NCBI GenBank assembly: GCA_044376115.1
Contig: JBILLK010000004.1
Coordinates: 256,001-320,000 of the forward strand
Length of the DNA stretch: 64,000 bases
Direction: 5' to 3'
Source: Polyangiaceae bacterium
Lineage (GTDB): Bacteria > Myxococcota_A > Polyangia > Polyangiales > Polyangiaceae
Below, in pieces: positions 54,537 through 64,000 of this stretch. The position numbers and the translations under genes are program-made. Numbering within the stretch: the stretch's first letter is position 1; the number at the start of each line of letters is the position of its first letter. The notes beneath the pieces were generated by a model, which saw nothing but the letters and a program-made list of their open reading frames with translations, was not told the DNA's origin and made no database searches.

Positions 54537-55157
54537 ATGTCGCCACCCTCCCCGTCGCCTTCACGCTCGCCTAGGCGGTCCGCCAGACCTGGGTTCACGT
54601 TGGCCAGACCTGGGTTCACGTTGATCGAGATGATGGCGGTGGTGACCATCATCGCGATCTGCGCCGGCTTGGCTGCTCCCTCGGTGAGCCGCATTTTGGA
54701 CGACCGTCGCGGCCAGACCGACACCGTTTCGGTGCTCAGCATCATGCAAAGCTCGCGCTCGAGAGCGTTCGGCCGTGGGGGTGCCGTAAGCGTAACGTGG
54801 AACTCCGTAAACCTCTTGGTGGACGATCACATGCAAGACGTTGACGGAACCGGAGGGGTCGACACTCCATCCCCCAATTGCGCCGCCGCCACATCGCGCG
54901 TGAGCCACTGGCTTCCCGACATCGGACCTGCAGAGGTCGTCGTGAATGCCAACAGTCAGATCGGGCTTGGGACGGGCGCGGTTGGTCAGATTGAGCTGTG
55001 CTTCACACCCAAGGGAAGCACCTTCATCCGCACCGGCACCAACCCGTTCGTGCGTCAGACCAACACGATCCGTTTCGACGTTGGTGGTGGCGCGAGCAAT
55101 GCGAAGCTGCGAACGGTGGAGGTTCTCCCCGGCGGACTTGCGAGGATGCCGAAATGA
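54537..55157 (+). CDS. Type IV minor pilin, FimT/FimU (GspH-like)
   Basis: G|FTLIEMMAVV, AAPS, SRSRA and IELCFTPKG; first gene of the cluster. Confidence 0.82.
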   Translation: MSPPSPSPSRSPRRSARPGFTLARPGFTLIEMMAVVTIIAICAGLAAPSVSRILDDRRGQTDTVSVLSIMQSSRSRAFGRGGAVSVTWNSVNLLVDDHMQDVDGTGGVDTPSPNCAAATSRVSHWLPDIGPAEVVVNANSQIGLGTGAVGQIELCFTPKGSTFIRTGTNPFVRQTNTIRFDVGGGASNAKLRTVEVLPGGLARMPK

Positions 55158-55795
55158 AAACGCGTTTGAAGTGGACCAACATCGCCGATGCGAATCGGCA
55201 GCAACCTCGGCTCGGTTACACGATGATTGAGGTAATGATGGGGATGGCGGTCTTGGCCGTGGGAGCCACTGGCATCGTCGCCCTCCAGAAAACCGCAGCC
55301 TTGGGAACGCTAACCAGTCGCAACCTCACCAACGCGACCAGCATTTCGCGTTCTGTAATCGAAATGGCTGAGAGTGAAGCTGGGACTTGGACCAGCAACA
55401 CTGGAGCAGGCCTTCCGACGGGCAACTGGCTTGGTACCGCACTAGCGAGTCCAGGCGCTTGGGTTCGACCAAACCTGTCTGGGTACTCGCTGGACCTCGA
55501 GACGCTGGACGTAACCGCTCCTGCACTGCCGATCGGCTACTGCACTCACGTCCGCGCAACCTGGCTCGGGAACCCAACACCTGGGCCTGGCAACACCGGC
55601 GCAACCGCGGTTCGACTCGAGGTGCGCACGCTGTTCTCGCGAGCGCCACGGGACGTCGACGATGAGTGCGCCGCTGCTCCAACCACGGTGACTACGCTCT
55701 TCGGCGGAACGAATCAGACCTTCGGAGGGGTAGCGCGCAACGAGAACGAGTACGGGTTGGTGCAGCTCACCACGGTGATCCGGAGGAACCAATGA
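55154..55795 (+). CDS. pilV: Type IV minor pilin, PilV-like
   Basis: G|YTMIEVMMGMAVLAVGATGIVALQ; ATGA overlap; gene order. Confidence 0.8.
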   Translation: MKTRLKWTNIADANRQQPRLGYTMIEVMMGMAVLAVGATGIVALQKTAALGTLTSRNLTNATSISRSVIEMAESEAGTWTSNTGAGLPTGNWLGTALASPGAWVRPNLSGYSLDLETLDVTAPALPIGYCTHVRATWLGNPTPGPGNTGATAVRLEVRTLFSRAPRDVDDECAAAPTTVTTLFGGTNQTFGGVARNENEYGLVQLTTVIRRNQ

Positions 55796-57087
55796 GACTG
55801 CACCTCAGGCGTGGTTTCACAGCGGTTGAGTTCATGGTGGCCGTCACGGCGGGCCTCGCCGTGTCTGTCGCTGCCTACACGCTTTCGAAGAGTTCGGTCG
55901 AAGTCTTTCAACAAGAAGCAAGACTCAACGCGGCTCAGTTCTCGAGCATGATGGGGATGAACCGGCTCTCGGCAGACATCAAGCGGGCGGGGTTTCAGAC
56001 CACTCCCGAGGTGGCTGAGGACCCGAACGTCTGCGTCATACCTCCCGATAACAACTTCCCTGATCCGAATTTGTTAGTCGCTGCTCGCGTGATTGAGGGT
56101 GGCCCGTTCAACGCCAACGTCGCCTACACGGGGAACTACGCAGCGTTACCGGGAGCTTTTGGGTCAGCCAACAACAAGCGGTCTCCGGATCGGCTTCGAC
56201 TTTCGGCGAACTTCGGCGCGTCGTCTAGCTTCCGAATCTCGCGGATGGAGAACGACTTCGTCTGGCTCGACATCGACCAGCTCTCCGTTCAGCGCATCTA
56301 CCAGGCTGCACAATCTGGCGGCTTCGGAATTTGCTCTGCCTTCGAAGGGTTGCCGGTTCCCGACAACACAGGTGCCCAAGCAGCGCCAGGGGGTCAGCCC
56401 GCGGTGCGACTCGTCGACAACGCCGGTCGGTCTCGCTTTGCGTTGATCACTGCCTGCGCCTCCACCGACGGCGGCGCGACGAACAACTATGCGTCGGTGA
56501 TGTTGACGCTCCAAGACACTCCCGAGGGGCCAGGCTGCACGGCGATGGACGTCACAAGTCCTGGCTACGTAAACCCGGTTCAGTTCGTCGACTATGCTTT
56601 GTTCGGTGCGCAAGACGTGGCAGCAAACGCCGCGACCATCGGGCTGCCTGCGCCCATTGGGACGATGGCCGGGGAAGACGCTGCGCTCGAACCAATCACT
56701 GGCGCGAACTCGCGGGCCTTCCTTGTACGTCGGGAGCTCGATGGTCGCGGGAACCTAGTGCCAGCGAGTGCCGAAGTTGTCGCTGACTTCGTTGTCGATC
56801 TCAACTTCAGCGCAAGGCGGCGGGTGGGAGCAGGGGTTCAACCCGTCCCCTTCGATGGGCTCGCGGGGATTCCACCGAATGAGATTCGAAGTCTTGGTAT
56901 TCGGCTTTCAACGCGCGCGCGCAATCCTGACCGCGCCGTTGGACAGGCTGCTGTGCCGGATTCGGACCAGACCCTTACGCGCTTCGATGTTTTCGCGGGT
57001 GTATCAAACACGCGAGAGCGTTGGGCCCGAGTGCGGACGATGTTCAGCGAAGTTTCGCTTCCCAACCTTCAAGGCGACGCGTTCTGA
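55792..57087 (+). CDS. pilW: Type IV minor pilin, PilW-like
   Basis: RRG|FTAVEFMVA and LSADIKRAGF; ATGA overlap with a GGAGG RBS. Confidence 0.82.
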   Translation: MRLHLRRGFTAVEFMVAVTAGLAVSVAAYTLSKSSVEVFQQEARLNAAQFSSMMGMNRLSADIKRAGFQTTPEVAEDPNVCVIPPDNNFPDPNLLVAARVIEGGPFNANVAYTGNYAALPGAFGSANNKRSPDRLRLSANFGASSSFRISRMENDFVWLDIDQLSVQRIYQAAQSGGFGICSAFEGLPVPDNTGAQAAPGGQPAVRLVDNAGRSRFALITACASTDGGATNNYASVMLTLQDTPEGPGCTAMDVTSPGYVNPVQFVDYALFGAQDVAANAATIGLPAPIGTMAGEDAALEPITGANSRAFLVRRELDGRGNLVPASAEVVADFVVDLNFSARRRVGAGVQPVPFDGLAGIPPNEIRSLGIRLSTRARNPDRAVGQAAVPDSDQTLTRFDVFAGVSNTRERWARVRTMFSEVSLPNLQGDAF

Positions 57088-57093
57088 GGAAAG

Positions 57094-57801
57094 ATGAAAC
57101 ACTCCTACAAGTTCAGAGTTCGTAGTCGTCGTAGCCAACATCGTCGTGGCATCACTGTGCTAGTGGTGTTGCTCGTGATCGCGATGCTCACGGCCGTCGG
57201 GATGATCGCAACTCGCTCGTCGCAGCTCGGCGTCGTGAACTCGGGTCGCTATCGCGAGATGACGCAGACCCATTACGTCGCAGAGGCTGGTATCCAGGGC
57301 GTCGTTGCGGAGGTGGCCAAGAATCCTGGCCACTGGGTACAGCAGCTGGAGCAGGTCAACGGGCTTGCCAGTGGTAGCGGGGTGCGCGTTTGCAAGGACC
57401 TCCCCTCGGCCTCACCGGTCTCGACGTCCTGCCTGAAGCTGGGCTACCAGTTCGTTGAAGAAGCGTACCTACGTGAGAGCTTTGGTGTTGCCTCGGCAAC
57501 CCCAACGCAAGCGCTGTTTCTTCCGAAAAACGGGTCAAATCCCGGCAGCTTCGGGAACGCCGACATCCACGGGAACTTCGGGGTTGAGCTTACGGATCCG
57601 CGCGAGCTTTACCCGCCGCCTGCTGGGTTCGCGGCCAGCACTGGCGCCGGTGGCCCGGCTACCGTTCGGTTCGTCTCGGTTTCAATGCGAGCGGTTGGGC
57701 AAATCGCGCCCAACACGACCTTGAATGATGCAACAACGAAGTACATGCAGAGCGTAGAGACGCTTCGCGCAGAAGTTGTGTTTGGGCCCGTGCCTCGATG
57801 A
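57094..57801 (+). CDS. pilX: Type IV minor pilin, PilX-like
   Basis: RRG|ITVLVVLL lacking Glu+5, as is typical of PilX; HYVAEAGI. Confidence 0.82.
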   Translation: MKHSYKFRVRSRRSQHRRGITVLVVLLVIAMLTAVGMIATRSSQLGVVNSGRYREMTQTHYVAEAGIQGVVAEVAKNPGHWVQQLEQVNGLASGSGVRVCKDLPSASPVSTSCLKLGYQFVEEAYLRESFGVASATPTQALFLPKNGSNPGSFGNADIHGNFGVELTDPRELYPPPAGFAASTGAGGPATVRFVSVSMRAVGQIAPNTTLNDATTKYMQSVETLRAEVVFGPVPR

Positions 57802-57816
57802 TCCGTTGTATCGGGT

Positions 57817-60800
57817 GTGACCTACGCCCGATACCTCCCCCGTCGATTCAGCTTCGTCTCAAGCAAAACTCAATATCTGAGCGTCGGTCTGCTGACGCTC
57901 TTTTGCTTTCCATCGGAAGCGCGAGCGCAAGCCACCGACATCAAGGTGAAGAAACCAAACGCCTTGCTGCTACTCGACAACTCGGGCTCGATGGCGGGCG
58001 CCCTGAACGGTGCCTATGCCTACTACTACAAAGGGGGAACAAAAACGCGTTGGACGATCCTGGCTGAGACGCTGACCGGCAGCGTCAACGGGCTCTACGT
58101 GACGAGCGGTGGGCCGTTCATGGAGTCCAACGACTGTCGCCCCTACGCCAACCTCGACAACAAGATACTAACGTCTTTGAACGCTGCGGGTTTCACTGGC
58201 AGCGCTTCGGGGGCGAGCGTCGCCCCGTTCACCTGGCCCACCACGCACGGCAACCCCAAGGACCGCGACGCGGTCGCCTTCTGCAATCCTTACGGGAAGA
58301 CTTGCACCAGCCAAAGCACCTGGAGTTCTGGGCAACTGTGTCGCCAACTACAGCCGGGAGAGACTGACAACGGCAAGGACTTCAGCCAGGTTGCCGACGG
58401 GCTGCTTGACGTTTACCGAGACCGCATCCGGTTTGGCGTTGCGTCCTTCGACACGATGGACAACATCCCCGATGGCAACCCCGGCGAGCACAAGCAGTCG
58501 AGCCTTCGTGGACGTGCGCTTGGTGCAAACGGCAATGTCGGTTGCAACGCGGCGATCGACCCTGGAGGAGACTGTTGGGGAACCGTTGGTTGCCAGAACG
58601 CGATCGACGGGAGTCAGTGCTTGCTCCGCAAGATCTGGCGCAACGATGGCGCTGGCGACTATCGACCGTCGGCCCCGCAGTGGAGCTACTGGCACTCCGC
58701 TGGCGCGGTTGATACCTGGCTCAATGGTGGTCGCGGGAGCTACAGCACGCTGTCGGTGCTGAGTCAGAATAGCTTTGCCGCAAACGAGCAGTTCGTCGAC
58801 ATCGGCATGCGCAACAGTCGCGCTCACCCCTGGCGCGGTCGGTTGATAGGGTTTGGCCCAGCGGACTGGAAGCTCGACGACAAGCGTCTCTCTGGCGTCG
58901 TCGACTGCATCGACGAGGACTCCTGCACCGCCTTGCACAACGAGATGGTGCAACAGTCGGTGCTCGGCCTCTCGCGCTACCTCGAGTCCACCACTCCCCT
59001 CGCCGCGCTCATGCGTGACGCACACGACTTCATCCTCAATGACACCACCACGCACGGCATTCACCTGCCTCATGAGTATGACGCTGACGTGACCGACTTC
59101 GAAAGCCTCTACGGAACCATCGGTCCACAAACCGACCCGTACTTCAGCAGCGCTGCTTCGTGCCGGAACACCTCCGTCATCCTCGTCACCGACGGCGAGC
59201 CTTGGGAGGACCTCGACGCCAACATGTCGAAGTACGCCGACCTGTTGCATGACGAAGGGGTCAATACCTTCGTCATTGGCGTTGGGATGGACAGCGCACG
59301 TTGGAACCCGCCTGGTAGTGCAACCGTCGCAGACACCATCACCGCCGATTGTTCCAAGCTGACCGTCGCCGACCTGGGCACGGGTCGGATGTGCCAACGA
59401 GACACGATTGGCGGTCGCCGTTGGAAGTATGCCGACGTTGCGCCTTGGAAGAACTCGCCGAAGATCACCCCGGGCGGCATTCGAGCTTGTTGCAATCTGC
59501 TTGAAACAGCGGTGCTAGGAGGGTCGAGCCGTGCGTACTTCCCGAAGAATCAGCTCGAGCTCAAGCAGGAGCTGAACAAGGTCTTCGGCTCAATCTCGGG
59601 CGGAGCGGTATCGCGCACCGTCCCGGTCTTTGGAGGTGTTACGGCGAGCTTCACGGCCAACGCCGGATCATCGGGCGCGCCAGCCGTCTCCTACGAACTC
59701 CGTTCGTCCATGGACGTGTCCGCAGGCGACTCTCTGTGGCGCGGAAACCTGGAGCGCGTCCGCTATGCATGCGACGAGGACGACGCGCCCGTGCTTCAAG
59801 ATCTCGAGGTTTCAGCGGGCGACGTCTTTGCCGAGAACCTCACCAGCACTGCGGTCAGACCACGAAAGTTCTTCACGGTCGTCCCACGCGAAGGCGACGA
59901 GATTGAAGGCAGCTTGCGCGCGCCGAGCGTGAATGCGGCCGACGGGCTTTTCGCAGGTGGCAATGCAGGCGCCTTCGGCCGCTTGGGTGGCGGCGCGCGC
60001 GACAAGCCCCAGGAGTACGCCACGCTGGCTGCTGCTACGGCCTTGGTTTGGCCCACCGGGAACAACGACGCCGAGCACTTGTTTGGACTTTCGAGCAGCG
60101 AGCTTGGAGTCTGCAAAGCGGAGCTCGGTGCAGGCTCGCTAAGCGAGTGCAGCACACGCATCATTCGTTGGTATGCCGGGGACCCCAACCCCGATGGTGG
60201 AGCCATCGCCGCTACGGATCCCGCGCCATCGCGGGCGCCTGGAAGCGCCCAGTGTAGCGGGGATTGCAGCCCGCTCGGTGCGGTCTACCGCTCGGTACCC
60301 ATCTTCGTCCCTCCGCCAAGTGAGTCGGAGAACGACGACCAGAACTTCGGAAAGCGGCGTAGCACAGGCACGCCATCCTTCGTCGAACGCTACCACTCTC
60401 GACCGACGATGCTCTACTCGCAGACCATCGACGGTCAGCTGCATGCGTTTGTCGTAGCCAAGAACGACTATACGGTGGGAGGTGCTTTCTCCTCCGTACC
60501 GGAAGCGGATTCGCTCGAGAATAACGAACTCTGGTCGTTCATTCCGCCGGCGGTAATGCCCCGGCTCTGGGACAACTTCAACTCGCACGCTCGCCTCTTG
60601 GACGGCCAGCTCGCTTGGGGAAACGTCGTTTATGATCGCGAGCTGGGCGCCGACGCAGGTGACGACCCAACGAAGATTACGAGCTGGGAGTATCAGACGG
60701 TGGTGGTGGGCTGTAGCGGCGTCTCCGTTGGAGGGAGCTTCTGCTACGCGCTCGAGGTAACCGATCCCACTTCGCCCAAGTTCTTGTGGCAGCTGCGCAG

Positions 60801-62193
60801 CGCTGGGGACGCGAAGGGCAAGGTAGGAGCGGCGTTGTTCGGAGACTACGTGCCGGGCGCTTCGATCGCACACATCCGAATCCGCGATGGGGAGCGCGAG
60901 GCCGTGAAGGCGGTGGCGATCATTCCCGGCGGAAGCATGGCTCGAACGCCTTCCGACCTGACCTACCGTCGAGCAAAGGACGACCTCGACTCGGCCTGGG
61001 ACAAGAACGTTGGCCGACGCCCGCGCGAGATCATTCGCGACTGGGGTACGGATGCATTGCCCGCGCGAAGTCTTACCTTCGTCGAACTGGAGACAGGCCG
61101 CATCTTGGCGCGAATGACCGGTGAGCTTGCGGATCAGCCACGCCTCGCCACACAATCGAACGCCGAAACCCAGCTGGACGACAGCGTCGTGGTGCCGCAC
61201 AAGAACAGCAAGTTCGACAGCCCCATCACAGGCATTCCGGCGACCTTCCCCAGTGGCGCTCGGGTCGCGGAGCGGGTCTACGTCGGCGACGCCGATGGCA
61301 CGCTGTGGCGCGTTGAACTCAAAGGTGCCGATCCCAAGGCGTGGGAGGCCCACATCGCCTTCGACGCTTTCAACATAGGATCGTCCGGCGAGTCGACGAT
61401 GAGCGATGCATGGGTGCCTGCAGGTGAGGGCAAGGGCGCGAAGCTAGAGGACAGCGTGACAGTGCCGCACCGTAAGCTTGCGGGACTCATTGGACAGCCA
61501 ATCCAGACAGCGCCGTTGCTTTCCACCGATGAGCAAGGAGATCTGGTGGTGACCTTTGCCACTGGCGATCAGGAGAGCTTCAACAGCCTGACCCCGGGCA
61601 TGGTCAACGTGCTCGTGAGCTTCCGAGATACCTTCAACTCCGAACGCGAGGACGACGACGTCGAGGAGACGGCTTTCCAAGCCATTGTCGACAAGGAGTC
61701 CGGCGTTGAACTCGCATGGAGGAATGGCGCCCGTGTTACCGGACCGCTGAACCTCTTCGACGGGCAGCTCTACTTTGCGTACTTCATCCCTTCCGAGTCC
61801 CTTGCTTGCACCTATGGCACCGGAGGGATCTGCGGACTTCACTACCTTGACAAGTCGGAGAAGGGCGAACCGATCTCCACGGTGAACGTGAACGGTGACG
61901 ACCCATGCAACGACTTCGAGTCGGGAGAGGTCGTGTTTGGTTTGTCGGTCAATCTGGTACCCACCTGCGCCGTAAGCGAGACCAGCTTCAACGATCCCTG
62001 GCTCGCTGGGGGCTACAAAGCCATGACCGAGTCGAATCCCGGCCGCTACGAACTGGTCTTTCAAACGGGTCAGGGTGGTACTGAGCAGAACCCCAACGGC
62101 GGAAAAACCAAGAGGTCGAAGATCACCCTTCCCCAGCCGCAATCTCGTACCACCGTGCGCAGCTTCGTTCGGGTTGCCGAGACGGAGCTGTGA
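57817..62193 (+). CDS. pilY1: PilY1/PilC-type pilus tip adhesin (VWA domain plus beta-propeller), copy 1
   Basis: Signal peptide ARA|Q; MIDAS LDNSGS, STTPLA and VTDGEP; DGQLHAF, ELWSFIP and VYVGDADGTLWRV; lies downstream of pilX. Confidence 0.88.
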   Translation: MTYARYLPRRFSFVSSKTQYLSVGLLTLFCFPSEARAQATDIKVKKPNALLLLDNSGSMAGALNGAYAYYYKGGTKTRWTILAETLTGSVNGLYVTSGGPFMESNDCRPYANLDNKILTSLNAAGFTGSASGASVAPFTWPTTHGNPKDRDAVAFCNPYGKTCTSQSTWSSGQLCRQLQPGETDNGKDFSQVADGLLDVYRDRIRFGVASFDTMDNIPDGNPGEHKQSSLRGRALGANGNVGCNAAIDPGGDCWGTVGCQNAIDGSQCLLRKIWRNDGAGDYRPSAPQWSYWHSAGAVDTWLNGGRGSYSTLSVLSQNSFAANEQFVDIGMRNSRAHPWRGRLIGFGPADWKLDDKRLSGVVDCIDEDSCTALHNEMVQQSVLGLSRYLESTTPLAALMRDAHDFILNDTTTHGIHLPHEYDADVTDFESLYGTIGPQTDPYFSSAASCRNTSVILVTDGEPWEDLDANMSKYADLLHDEGVNTFVIGVGMDSARWNPPGSATVADTITADCSKLTVADLGTGRMCQRDTIGGRRWKYADVAPWKNSPKITPGGIRACCNLLETAVLGGSSRAYFPKNQLELKQELNKVFGSISGGAVSRTVPVFGGVTASFTANAGSSGAPAVSYELRSSMDVSAGDSLWRGNLERVRYACDEDDAPVLQDLEVSAGDVFAENLTSTAVRPRKFFTVVPREGDEIEGSLRAPSVNAADGLFAGGNAGAFGRLGGGARDKPQEYATLAAATALVWPTGNNDAEHLFGLSSSELGVCKAELGAGSLSECSTRIIRWYAGDPNPDGGAIAATDPAPSRAPGSAQCSGDCSPLGAVYRSVPIFVPPPSESENDDQNFGKRRSTGTPSFVERYHSRPTMLYSQTIDGQLHAFVVAKNDYTVGGAFSSVPEADSLENNELWSFIPPAVMPRLWDNFNSHARLLDGQLAWGNVVYDRELGADAGDDPTKITSWEYQTVVVGCSGVSVGGSFCYALEVTDPTSPKFLWQLRSAGDAKGKVGAALFGDYVPGASIAHIRIRDGEREAVKAVAIIPGGSMARTPSDLTYRRAKDDLDSAWDKNVGRRPREIIRDWGTDALPARSLTFVELETGRILARMTGELADQPRLATQSNAETQLDDSVVVPHKNSKFDSPITGIPATFPSGARVAERVYVGDADGTLWRVELKGADPKAWEAHIAFDAFNIGSSGESTMSDAWVPAGEGKGAKLEDSVTVPHRKLAGLIGQPIQTAPLLSTDEQGDLVVTFATGDQESFNSLTPGMVNVLVSFRDTFNSEREDDDVEETAFQAIVDKESGVELAWRNGARVTGPLNLFDGQLYFAYFIPSESLACTYGTGGICGLHYLDKSEKGEPISTVNVNGDDPCNDFESGEVVFGLSVNLVPTCAVSETSFNDPWLAGGYKAMTESNPGRYELVFQTGQGGTEQNPNGGKTKRSKITLPQPQSRTTVRSFVRVAETEL

Positions 62194-62669
62194 TCGTGAC
62201 ACGACACCTCGCCTTCGTACTTGCGCTCTTTCCCGCTTGCTCCGAGCCCGTTCCGGAGCTGCCCCAACCAACCAAGGTCGCGACAACTTCGACGGTATCG
62301 CCCAACGACCTAGCCGAAGGGAGGTTGGTTGCCTTCGGCTTGCGGTTGCCGGCGGGCGCAAGCGTTAAGCGCAAGACGCCAAGCTCTTCGAGCTTTGAGA
62401 TACCCGCTGAGTATTGGGCCACCGTCAAATACGTGGAAGGGCGGCTCACGTTGGACAGCCGCGAGAAGGCGGCGCGCAAAGCGTCATTCACCGGAACGAC
62501 CGCTAAAGAGAGTCCGCGCATCCACGTGGTCGTGCGGGCAACCAGCCTGGCAACTGAGCTCACCGTGCGCGTTGATCCTTTGCCCGAAACAGTCGAACGC
62601 GAGCCTGACGAGGCGCCCGAGCGGGAACTCCCACTGACCGAGAACGAAGCACGCTTGCCACTCAACTAG
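62190..62669 (+). CDS. Small lipoprotein of unknown function
   Basis: Lipobox-like FPAC; GTGA overlap with the pilY1 stop. Confidence 0.7.
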   Translation: MIVTRHLAFVLALFPACSEPVPELPQPTKVATTSTVSPNDLAEGRLVAFGLRLPAGASVKRKTPSSSSFEIPAEYWATVKYVEGRLTLDSREKAARKASFTGTTAKESPRIHVVVRATSLATELTVRVDPLPETVEREPDEAPERELPLTENEARLPLN

Positions 62670-62816
62670 CGCCGTCGACCCGAAGGTATTCAATAGTAGG
62701 GTTTCAAACCCCAGTTCTGCCGTCTCACACGACGAAGGGCAAGACAGCTCGCATCTGACGAGGCTAATCTGCACACCAGGGCCATTTTATCTGCCTTAGG
62801 CCTTGGGAGATCGCAG

Positions 62817-64000
62817 ATGGAGAATGCAAGTAGTCGGAAGCTTCGTCGTGTAGGGGGCGCTGCGTTCGTGCTTTCTCTCCTCTTGGCGCCCGACGACGTG
62901 ACCGCCCAGGCGACGGACATCAAAGTAAAAAAGCCGAACGCGTTGTTGCTCCTCGACAACTCTGGGTCGATGAAGCTCGCGCTCGATGGCGACGACGACT
63001 ACGAGTACGAGGACGGCTCTGGCAAGAAGGCTCGTTGGACGATCCTCGCCGAGACACTAACCGGCACGCTCAACGGCTTGCGGGTAAAGGATAGCGGTCC
63101 CTACGTATCGTCCAACGGCTGTGGACCGTACGCCAACTTGGACAAGAAGGTGCTCGAGTCGCTCTACGCGCTAGGGCAGACCGGTGGCAACTCGGGTTCA
63201 GCCATTGGGCCGTTCACCTGGCCACAAGCCAACGGCAATCCCAAAGACAAGGACGCGGTAGCGTTCTGTGAAACCGCAGACAAAGACTGCACCAGCCAAA
63301 GCAAGTGGAAGTCAGCGCGGTTATGCAGGCAGCTGGCCCCTGGTGTGGCGGACAACGGCAAAGACTTCAGCCAAGTCGCCGACGGGTTGCTCGATTCGTA
63401 TCGCGACAAAATTCGTTTCGGCGTCGCTTCGTTCGACACGATGGACAACATCCCCGACGAAGGTGACGGTCGTCATATCGTTTCGGCGCTGCGCGGGCGC
63501 GCCCTGGGCGCCAGCAACGACACGGCGCTTTGCATTCCAGCCGCGACGGGAACCGATTGTTGGGGGCTCTTTGGCTGTCAGAACGCAACAGACGGCTCGC
63601 AATGTTTGTTGCGCAAGGAGTGGAGAGTGGACGGCAAGAACAACTACAGGCCGAGCTCTCCGCAATGGAGCTACTGGCATTCTACCGATGCCATCGACAC
63701 GTGGCTGAACGGCGGTCGCGCAAGTTACAACGTGCTCACCGTGCGTGCACAGAATGCGTACTCGATCAGCGAGCAGTACGTAGACATTGGCTTGCGCAAC
63801 AGTCGCGCCTTCCCGTGGCGTGGCCGCCTCATCGGCTTCGGCCCGCCCGATTGGGACCTGAGCGCTGACGATCTCGACAAGTACATTTCCTGCACCGACG
63901 AGGACTCTTGCACGGCCTCGCACAACGAGATGGTGCAGCAGTCGATCCTCGGCCTCTCGCGGCACCTGGAGGCGAACACCCCGCTCGCTGCGATGATGCG
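62817..64000 (+). CDS. pilY1: PilY1-type adhesin, copy 2 (partial, runs off the window)
   Basis: Translated by hand from ATG 62817 with no stop to the window end: MENASSRK...AQATDIKVKKPNALLLLDNSGSM...RWTILAETLTG...DFSQVADGLLD...FGVASFDTMDNIPD. Collinear with copy 1. Confidence 0.88.
   Translation, partial: MENASSRKLRRVGGAAFVLSLLLAPDDVTAQATDIKVKKPNALLLLDNSGSMKLALDGDDDYEYEDGSGKKARWTILAETLTGTLNGLRVKDSGPYVSSNGCGPYANLDKKVLESLYALGQTGGNSGSAIGPFTWPQANGNPKDKDAVAFCETADKDCTSQSKWKSARLCRQLAPGVADNGKDFSQVADGLLDSYRDKIRFGVASFDTMDNIPDEGDGRHIVSALRGRALGASNDTALCIPAATGTDCWGLFGCQNATDGSQCLLRKEWRVDGKNNYRPSSPQWSYWHSTDAIDTWLNGGRASYNVLTVRAQNAYSISEQYVDIGLRNSRAFPWRGRLIGFGPPDWDLSADDLDKYISCTDEDSCTASHNEMVQQSILGLSRHLEANTPLAAMM

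Noticed and set aside
57817..64000. pilY1 pair as a diversity-generating retroelement template and variable region
   Set aside because: Differences are not adenine-specific, both copies are open reading frames, and there is no reverse transcriptase in the window.

Overview
GC-rich, gene-dense chromosomal window from a myxobacterium (Myxococcota, probably Polyangiaceae/Sorangiineae-like). This assignment is inferred from a MYXO-CTERM-type tail, three Hanks kinases, a TPR-PEGA protein, an FHA-sigma54 activator and many Cys-rich lipoproteins. Housekeeping genes include xerD, rpmB, queG, rimM, trmD, tatD, uvrA, dksA, scpA, scpB and two CAT-anticodon tRNAs. Envelope genes include an alpha-2-macroglobulin with a probable pbpC, an amidase, a TonB protein and an S8 protease. 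There is a Ser/Thr phospho-signalling-rich stretch (about 32-51 kb) and a type IV minor-pilin cluster (fimU/T-pilV-pilW-pilX-pilY1), followed by a second, closely related pilY1 that the ORF track missed. I saw no CRISPR array, cas gene, reverse transcriptase, transposase or prophage. The most notable unexplained features are the tandem pilY1 pair with block-wise divergence, a modular REP-like repeat shared by two intergenic regions, an exact duplication of the prepilin cleavage motif, long acidic repeat tails on both ScpA and ScpB, two pairs of Cys-rich lipoprotein paralogues, candidate trans-envelope gene pairs and several apparent pseudo-enzymes. All calls come from motif recognition by eye, without database searches.
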